DNA from: Candidatus Poribacteria bacterium
Lineage (GTDB): Bacteria > Poribacteria > WGA-4E > WGA-3G
Direction of reading: 5' to 3'
DNA length: 64,000 nt
Assembly (NCBI GenBank): GCA_963665235.2
Contig: CAXXLX010000002.1
Coordinates: 32,001-96,000 of the forward strand
A model generated the notes under the pieces. It was not told where the DNA came from. It searched no databases and was given only the letters and a program-made list of their open reading frames with translations. Each line of letters starts with the position of its first letter. Position 1 is the first letter of the stretch. Shown in pieces: positions 21,712 through 29,192 of this stretch. The position numbers and the translations under genes are program-made.

Positions 21712-22617
21712 ATGAAAGTATTTGTTCAAATCGCACATGGCATCATCGGTGCTGCACTCATATCTATCGGTTGCATTTGGCAAGCGGGCAGTTTCGGCGA
21801 AGCGAGACACACAATTAGTATTATCGGTGCTGTCGCTATCCTTATCGCAAGCCTCTATCTCCTACGAAGTCGGTGGATTCGCTGGGGCAAACGGCAGGTC
21901 TGGCTAAAATACCATCAACGCTTGGCAACCCTCGGTTTATGCCTTGTGCTGTTCCATTCTGCATTCCAACCGCTTGTGTGGCATTCATGGTTAACCCTTT
22001 TACTCGCCCTTGCAAATTTAGGCACCGGAATTGCTGTTAGCCTGACCGCACACCGGACAAGACAAATTCTGCTCCGATGTCACCTCATCCTCGCCCCAAT
22101 TTTGTTAATCAGTATTGTCTTTCACGGGCAAGCCAAACTGGACCACGATGAATTTTTCCCGCTTACCGAGGACCACGATGTCCCTTGTGCCAGGTGCCAC
22201 ACCGCTGAACCGCTCCTCTTCCATGTGGACGTAACACCCCAGCAAGACCTAAATGACGTTGACATCCTCCCAGAGGATATACAGTGGTGGTTCTCACAGC
22301 ACGGACTACAGACACCAGAGACTGCAAAGGTTTCAACCAAAAAAGCGGGACGCACATGGACAATTGCTGACAGCGAAAATAGACGCGTTTATCAAATTAA
22401 AAAACTAGAAACACAACTCGGTATCTACGCCGACTCTGTCTATCAAAGCTATACCTGCCGCACCTGCCACACCCATGACACTCCCGAAATCCGTTCAGCC
22501 CACGAATTGCACGGCGTTTACGATTACCATAGATGCCTCGGATGCCACCAAACCGAAATTGCTGATACCCGCTACGGTAGACAACGTGTGAATTGGACCT
22601 ACGACCCAAATTGGTAA
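21712..22617 (+). CDS. Membrane-anchored triheme c-type cytochrome
   Basis: About 5 N-terminal TM helices with His residues, then CARCH, CRTCH and CLGCH heme-binding motifs. Confidence 0.8.
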   Translation: MKVFVQIAHGIIGAALISIGCIWQAGSFGEARHTISIIGAVAILIASLYLLRSRWIRWGKRQVWLKYHQRLATLGLCLVLFHSAFQPLVWHSWLTLLLALANLGTGIAVSLTAHRTRQILLRCHLILAPILLISIVFHGQAKLDHDEFFPLTEDHDVPCARCHTAEPLLFHVDVTPQQDLNDVDILPEDIQWWFSQHGLQTPETAKVSTKKAGRTWTIADSENRRVYQIKKLETQLGIYADSVYQSYTCRTCHTHDTPEIRSAHELHGVYDYHRCLGCHQTEIADTRYGRQRVNWTYDPNW

Positions 22618-22687
22618 ACAAATAAAAAAAGACTTGTGCCCAACATATTGCTGAACACAAGCCGAAACAAAACCGGAGCTCATGCTC

Positions 22688-23467
22688 TCAACGAGCCTTA
22701 ATAGTTCCCCAAGTTGTCGTCAGTTTGTCCGCCGGGTCTACAGATAGCAGGTCGCCATCCATAACCTGCTTAATTTCAGCAGCAGACAGCGCACGACCGA
22801 ACAGATAATACTCATCCATCAAACCAGCAAACCAGCGGTCATTCTTATGGTGCCCGATTCCTGCCGACTGACCCCAGTTATCCTCAACTTTACCGTTCCC
22901 TTTAGCAGCGTGCGTCTCCTTCCCATCAATATAGGTCTTAACATCACCGCTATCACTGTCATACGTGCCAGCAAAGTGCACCCATTTATTCGCTTCAATC
23001 ACAGGCCCCGGGTTGATATTAAAAACCTCAGTATTTGTGCCATCCCGGTGAAACCATCTGAAACCGCCAGGACGAATCTCAGCGTGATAAAGACCACTTG
23101 CATGGTCCGTACCGATTGCATCAAGCAACGTCTGTGGGTTATTAGAACCGGTATGATTTACCCAAACCGCAAGTGTGATTCCATCCACCGGACCGTTCTT
23201 AAATTCTGGACCGTTCATATCAATCCATTTGTTCGCTTCCAACGCAATGGCTTTACCGATAACACCCTTCTCACGAGCAGCATTACCTACAACCTTTCCG
23301 TTATTCCCGCTGGGTGAACCATCTTTGACGGTATCCCCTTCTTCATCAAAACTATAGTAAACAGCCAATGTCGGGTCTTTAAGGGCTTGGACCGGGAACA
23401 CACACGCCCCCATAATCACCAAAATAGCAAAATAGACCTGACACCATTTTATCGAATTAAAATGCAT
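22688..23467 (-). CDS. Secreted LamG (concanavalin A-like) domain protein
   Basis: Signal peptide; YYSFDE, WVHFAGTYD, YIDG and GLMDE...RALS; tail VDPADKLTTTWGTIK. Confidence 0.9.
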   Translation of the reverse strand: MHFNSIKWCQVYFAILVIMGACVFPVQALKDPTLAVYYSFDEEGDTVKDGSPSGNNGKVVGNAAREKGVIGKAIALEANKWIDMNGPEFKNGPVDGITLAVWVNHTGSNNPQTLLDAIGTDHASGLYHAEIRPGGFRWFHRDGTNTEVFNINPGPVIEANKWVHFAGTYDSDSGDVKTYIDGKETHAAKGNGKVEDNWGQSAGIGHHKNDRWFAGLMDEYYLFGRALSAAEIKQVMDGDLLSVDPADKLTTTWGTIKAR

Positions 23468-23479
23468 TTTTGCCTCCTA

Positions 23480-23732
23480 ATACCATTTTTATTAATTATT
23501 CTACCATTACCAGTTGTTAGAAATGAAACGGAGAACGGCACAAACTGGAAGTTTATGCTACAACTGGAAAGCGCACAAACTGGAAGTTTATGCTACAATG
23601 CTACAATAAAGCGCACAAACTGGAAGTTTATGCTACAATAAAGCGCACAAACTGGAAGTTTATGCTACAATAAAGCGCACAAACTGGAAGTTTATGCTAC
23701 AAGAAAGAGACATTTTCAATTAGAAATGGTAT
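23480..23732 (+). mobile_element. Complete ATACCATTT-family MITE with ~5 REP units (32-bp period)
   Basis: Both ends as at 21264-21706; linker AATAAAGC; abuts the SD of the LamG gene. Confidence 0.88.
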
Positions 23733-24098
23733 AATATTCATAGAGTATAAAGATATGTGGACATCAGATAAAATCCGCCCCCCTTCGCTTGTCGTCTGAA
23801 AACAGAAATGCCCGCAACAAATTCCGTTGTTGACAACACGGAACGTGCGGGCGCGAAGACAGTACAGCGGTAGTTGCTAACACTACTATGCTAGAAGTGT
23901 TACAAACTATAACTTTATGTAAATATAATAAGGGGGGGGAATTAACGAATAGTAAAATACGCAGGTATAGCACAAACACTGCAAAACGACGTACAGACTC
24001 GCTCTGCCCGGGGCACACATAGTTTCGCTGTGAGGAGAGTCGTTTTTTATGCCGCATGTTTGCCTCCTACCGTCCAAAAAGTGACGAGCGTATTAGAC

Positions 24099-24884
24099 TT
24101 AGCGATGTGCTTTAATGCTACCCCAAGTGGTAGTCAGTTTGTCCGCCGGTTCCACAGCCAGCAGCTCGCCATTCATAGCACTCATTATTTCATCCGCAGA
24201 TAACGCACGACCAAAGATATAATACTCATCCAGAAGTCCGTTAAACCAGCGGCCATTCTTATGGTGCCCGATTCCTGCCGAAACGCCCCAATTGTTTGAA
24301 AGCTTTCCGGAACCAGTAGCTGTATGGGTTTCCTCGCCGTCCACGTAGGTTTTCACTTCACCGCTATCGCTATCGTACGTGCCGGCAAAATGTACCCATT
24401 TATTCGCCTCAACGACGGGCCCGGGGTTGATATTGAAAACGGTTGTATTCGTACCATCCCGGTGGAACCATCTCACACCGCCGGGTCGAAGTTCTACGTG
24501 AAAAAGTCCATTTCCGTGGTCCGTGCCGATTGCGTCAAGGAGCGTCTGCGGGTCGTTGGAACCGGTATGGTTCACCCAAAGCGCTAGTGTAAACCCATCC
24601 ACCGGCCCGTTTTTAAACTCAGGACCGTTCATATCGATCCATGTATCAGTTTCCAGAGCAATCGCCTCTCCAAAAACCCCATCTGCACGACTGACTTTCC
24701 CGACAATTTTGCCATCATTTCCATTAGGTGAGCCATCTTTGACAGCCTCCCCTTCTCCGTCAAAACTGTAATAGACAGAAAGCGTCGGATCACTCAAATC
24801 GGACTCAGCGGTTATCACAACAGCTCCCATAATCACCAAAATAGCAAGAGAGACCTGAAACCACTTTATCAAATCAAAACACAT
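24099..24884 (-). CDS. Secreted LamG domain protein, paralog of 22688-23467
   Basis: Long identical stretches, e.g. WIDMNGPEFKNGPVDG and QTLLDAIGTDH; tail VEPADKLTTTWGSIK. Confidence 0.9.
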   Translation of the reverse strand: MCFDLIKWFQVSLAILVIMGAVVITAESDLSDPTLSVYYSFDGEGEAVKDGSPNGNDGKIVGKVSRADGVFGEAIALETDTWIDMNGPEFKNGPVDGFTLALWVNHTGSNDPQTLLDAIGTDHGNGLFHVELRPGGVRWFHRDGTNTTVFNINPGPVVEANKWVHFAGTYDSDSGEVKTYVDGEETHTATGSGKLSNNWGVSAGIGHHKNGRWFNGLLDEYYIFGRALSADEIMSAMNGELLAVEPADKLTTTWGSIKAHR

Positions 24885-25022
24885 ATTCGTTCCTCCAATA
24901 ACATTGTTGCAAGGTCATAGACTGAAATCATGCGTAGCCATAAACCTCTACATATTTTTTATATCCCATCTCATAACAGCTGTACACAGCTGTCCTGAGA
25001 ATGACGTTAGATTTCTTATGAT

Positions 25023-25050
25023 AGTATACCACATACAATTTTTTTGTCAA
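25023..25050 (-). promoter_or_regulatory. Putative sigma70 promoter for the LamG genes
   Basis: Minus strand TTGACA-N16-TATACT with extended TG. Confidence 0.6.
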
Positions 25051-25110
25051 ATTAAAAAAACGGCGGATAGCGGTTTCCCGCAGAGTCATTTTTTTCACCA
25101 CCCCTCTTCT

Positions 25111-25199
25111 GTAGGAGCGTGCTGTGCACGCGACCTCCCCGTGTAGGAGCGTGCTGTGCACGCGACCTCCCCGTGTAGGAGCGTGCTGTGCACGCGACC
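25111..25199 (+). repeat. Three tandem GTAG-type REPs (32-bp period)
   Basis: GTAGGAGCGTGCTGTGCACGCGAC at 25111, 25143 and 25175; also at 62847. Confidence 0.9.
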
Positions 25200-25229
25200 A
25201 AATAACCCGTGTAAAGTTTTTGTACAAAA

Positions 25230-25990
25230 CGTGTAAATGTTACACTTTTGACGCAAAAACCTCCAGTTTTGGGTTTCTAAAGCACGCCCTGTCTAGTTTT
25301 CAACTATTTTTTGCACAAAAAAAACGTGTAGTGTCATTTCGAATGGCCTACTTTTCTTAACGTCTCAGGTGTAAATGTTACACTTTTGACACAAAGTGTA
25401 ACATTCAGTTTTGGGTTCTGAACTCCCTTGAACGCACGCCCTGTCTATGTTTTCAATCGGTTTCGACCCATTTTTTCCCAGCACAAAAAAAACGTGTTGT
25501 GTCATTTCGACTGCCGGTTTTCGGGTATCTGTCCTGCCTACTTTTCTTACCGTTCTGCCTGCTACTTTTTGATGCGGGTCCGGTTAAATGTTACACTTTT
25601 TGACACACGGTATCGGGACCCAATCCGGTGAGTTGCATAAGCACCGCTTCCATTCCGAAAAACACTTTTGTCAAAGATGAAACATTCAGTTTTGGGTTCT
25701 GATTGCGCCCCTTGAACGCACGTTAACAGTCTATGTTTTCAATCGGTTTCGATAACATTTTTTCCCAACAAACTGGAAGTCTTTACATTGATCTAACGTG
25801 TTGTGTCATTTCGACTGCCGGTTTTCGGGTATCTGTCCTGCCTTTCTTTATACCGTTCTGCCTGAACACCAATCTATTTTTTGATGCGGTAGATCCGCAC
25901 CTATGTAAATGTTACACTTTTATGACACGGGTATCGGGACCCAATCCGGTGAGTTGCAAAACGGATGAACCGCTTCCTTCGGAAAAATGT
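25230..25990. repeat. Degenerate direct repeats of increasing unit length
   Basis: TAAATGTTACACTTTT recurs near 25233, 25371, 25585 and 25905, with shared blocks CAGTTTTGGGTT and GTGTCATTTCGA. Confidence 0.7.
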
Positions 25991-26026
25991 TTTGGTTTTC
26001 TGTCGGGTAAAAGCAGAAATCCCATT

Positions 26027-26331
26027 ATACCATTTTTATTAATTATTCTACCTCGATTACCGGTTTACAAATTGACCGGCCCTGGCACATTTCATCAAAT
26101 ACAACTTCAACTGACGGGAGAAAGACACACCCTTCAGATAAAGAAATCCCTACCATAACTTTTGAAAACAGATTAATTATTCACAAACTGGAAGTTTATG
26201 CTACAATAAAGCGCACAAACTGGAAGTTTATGCTACAATAAAGCGCACAAACTGGAAGTTTATGCTACAATAAAGCGCACAAACTGGAAGTTTAGCTACA
26301 ATAAAGAGACATTTTCAATTAGAAATGGTAT
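26027..26331 (+). mobile_element. ATACCATTT-family MITE with a divergent interior and 4 REP units
   Basis: Both terminal sequences present; about 110 bp of unrelated DNA precedes the REP array. Confidence 0.8.
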
Positions 26332-26413
26332 TAGTTGCGAACTGTTTGATTTTTCTTCATAAAAAATATCGCAGCCGTACAAAAACTTTACACACCCAAC
26401 CCTACAATTATAT

Positions 26414-26442
26414 TTGACTTATGATGTGAACTTTGGTATAAT
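26414..26442 (+). promoter_or_regulatory. Putative sigma70 promoter
   Basis: TTGACT-N17-TATAAT with extended TG. Confidence 0.55.
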
Positions 26443-27013
26443 AATTGAAATACAAGGGTTATTCTCTGTCTATAGTTTACTAAACTTTGGACAATTTTAG
26501 AGTTTCGATTTGCGTTGTTGTCTGAATGCACGTCACATTTGGGCGAGTGCGCCGCAAATCGCGGATTATCGCGGATTACACAGATTACGCGGATTTTAAG
26601 GTGTGTATGCGTCAAGGTTTTGTGATTAAGTTGCGTTTTTTTGTCTGAATCACGGAAGGCACAGAGGCCGCAGAGGACGCGGAAAGAAGAGGGGTTTGGC
26701 TAAAATCTATAAACATACCGCCCCGCTGGGGCTAGTTTTTGTTTTGTTTGTGTTTTCTATAAAGATACCGCCCCGCTGGGGAAACCGCGCTTTGGCGCAT
26801 CGGAGTCTATTTTCTACTGTTTGTATTTGTGTGAGGAACTTAGAGAAAAATCAGAAATGCTTTGAAAATCGGGCATCAGGCTCACAGAAATTGTCCAAAC
26901 TATAGTATAGTTTAGATGGACAACGGTTAACAACGGGTGCAAAACGCACAGATTTTCAAGTGCGGACACGGTTGAATTTTCAATATAGGAGCGGTGTTTC
27001 CTCCCCCGCATAA

Positions 27014-27520
27014 ATGCTGAGGGTCTCCACACCGAATATTTTGATGAAAAATAGTGAAACGGATAACGTCACTTTCTTCGCGGAGCTGGAGCCGGCGTTG
27101 ATAAATGCACTAGCGCACATTAACCAGCTGCCTGAGGAAAAAAGAGCACAGTGGCGGCGCGCCATCTTGTATATCAGTTTGCTGATTTTGCATCGGCGCC
27201 CGTCTGAAGAACACGATGACTTGAATACATTGGTTCAAGATCAGATACGAGATGAATCTCGTAAAAAGGAGGCAAGCGAAATGTCACAATCCATGGCGGA
27301 AAAGGCCTTCCAACAAGGCGAAGCACGCGGTGAGAAACGCGGTGCGCTGCGTGCGAAACGCCAAGCTACGCTAACATTACTCCAACTGCGTTTTGACAAC
27401 GTCCCCGACGCACTCATCCGAAAAATTAACGCAATGCGCAGCATTGCACGTCTTGATGCGATTTATGAAAAAGTCGCCCTTGCACCGACCCTCGAAGATA
27501 TCGACCCGGAAAATCTGTAA
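27014..27520 (+). pseudogene. C-terminal remnant of an Rpn/YhgA-like (PD-(D/E)XK) protein with an internal small ORF at 27281-27520
   Basis: Typical tail SMAEKAFQQGEARGEKRG...LLQLRFDNVPD; no nuclease N-terminus; internal SD AAGGAGG before ATG 27281. Confidence 0.65.
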
Positions 27521-27570
27521 AAACACGGCGAACCGAAAATTGACAACCGTTCCAAAGGAGTATAACTAAA

Positions 27571-28137
27571 ATGCATAGAAATATCATAATCTTTAGCGTA
27601 ACCATACTTTTTATTATCAGCCTCATAACTGTGCTAAGTCTTCGCACTGTTCAAAGTCAGAACGATGTGGCGCAGCGCGGAAAATATCTCGTGGATACAG
27701 TAGGCGCATGTGGACATTGTCACACACCACGCGCCGGTGCCGAATATAACATGGATATGTACCTCGCCGGACATCCCAACGGAGAGGGGTATCCACGTTT
27801 CAATTTCAGCATGATGCAGCAAGGTATTTTTCTACTAACAGCACCACAGCTAACCGCATTTTCAGGACCGTTCGGCACCAGTTTTTCCACAAACTTAACC
27901 CCCGACAAAGAGACCGGACTCGGCGAATGGACAGAAAAGATGTTTATTGACGCAATGCGCACCGGACATCATCAAGGCGATAAAACTAACAGGAAAATTT
28001 TTCCGCCAATGCCCACCAAGCATTACGCCCTCATGAGTGATGCCGACCTCAAAGCGATTTGGGCGTACCTCCAAACGATTAAGCCTGTTAAAAACGAGGT
28101 GAGCCCACCCTTGAACCCACGAGGCCGCCCGTATTAG
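27571..28137 (+). CDS. Exported monoheme cytochrome c
   Basis: Signal or anchor segment; RGKYLV...CGHCHTPR, NLTPDKETGLGEWT, PPMP and DLKAIWAYL. Confidence 0.88.
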   Translation: MHRNIIIFSVTILFIISLITVLSLRTVQSQNDVAQRGKYLVDTVGACGHCHTPRAGAEYNMDMYLAGHPNGEGYPRFNFSMMQQGIFLLTAPQLTAFSGPFGTSFSTNLTPDKETGLGEWTEKMFIDAMRTGHHQGDKTNRKIFPPMPTKHYALMSDADLKAIWAYLQTIKPVKNEVSPPLNPRGRPY

Positions 28138-28394
28138 ATTGCCATTCTCTGTTCAGAATAGGTTCGGTTATACCCCTATCGTTTGTATGCATGCTTTTGT
28201 AAGCGTGCATACAACACCCCTTAGTCACAAGCTGTTTTTTCTTCCATCCTTCCCCCCTTCCATCCTCCCCTCTTCCTGGCTCATAGTTTATCTCATAAAA
28301 TACAGCATCAGGTCTTCTCCCCTTCCATCCTTCCCCTCTTCCCCCCTTCCATCCTTCCGCCCTTATATCTATTCCTTTGACAAAAACCTTAAGA

Positions 28395-28868
28395 AAAACG
28401 TTGCAATATGCTACATAGTTGCATTTTACAACATAGCCTACTGAAACCCTTTACCCTCAACGCTTCCCCCCTATATATGCTACCAAAATTATTGTATTTT
28501 GCAACACCTGTTTAAAAGGACCTATCGGTCATTTTCTTATGTTCTCAGATTACAATTGTTAGGTCCCACCCGATAAAGCCTTGACAGACAAGGGTTTCTG
28601 TGAGGCGCGATATCTGAACATTAAGACCGATTTCCCTATTGGCAAGGTTCTTGCACATAATTCATACTATACCTTTAACTTGTACGAAAACCTTACACAC
28701 TCTAATTTTCATTTTAATTTGAAAACTTGTTTTTTTTGTGGTATAATTTATAAACAAATGTTGCAAAACACAACAATTTTAGGAGCGTATATAGGGAAAG
28801 AGCGTTGAAGGTAAAGGGATATAGGGGTATGTTGTAAAATGCAACGGTCCAGCAGATTACAACGTTTT
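28395..28868. repeat. Pair of ~120-bp imperfect inverted repeats (28395-28514 and 28751-28868)
   Basis: Manual alignment gives roughly 80% identity, with a perfect 18-bp block GTTGCATTTTACAACATA (28418-28435 vs 28828-28845). Confidence 0.9.
28719..28747 (+). promoter_or_regulatory. Putative sigma70 promoter for the surface-protein array
   Basis: TTGAAA-N17-TATAAT with extended TG; T8 tract in the spacer. Confidence 0.65.
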
Positions 28869-29192
28869 GGTCTATGGTAAACGGGGAGGAGACTAGTTTT
28901 TTTAATATATAAATTATTCTTCTTCAATACCTGAATTAAACTTATAAGTCAAGTTTCTACCTAACGTGAGTTTGAAAAAAGTTTTCCCCTAGTATGAGGA
29001 GCGGGAAACCGGTTGCCCGAATACTGGGCGAGAAATCTGCTCCTTAGGGACGATATGTTTATAGTGTTATGGAAACCTATAGCAAGCGAAAGGGGTGTCT
29101 GACGCGCTTCAGATATGTTCTTAGAATCACAACATCTTGCTAATTGCTAATTTGCCAATTGCTAATCGCTAATAACAGAGGAGTATAGGACG

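Noticed and set aside
27540-27566. Promoter TTGACA..TATAAC before the cytochrome c gene
   Set aside because: The spacer is only 15 bp and overlaps the SD, which is too weak to report.
29126-29142. NrdR box-like CACAACATCTTG
   Set aside because: Partial match only, a single copy, and no nrd genes nearby.
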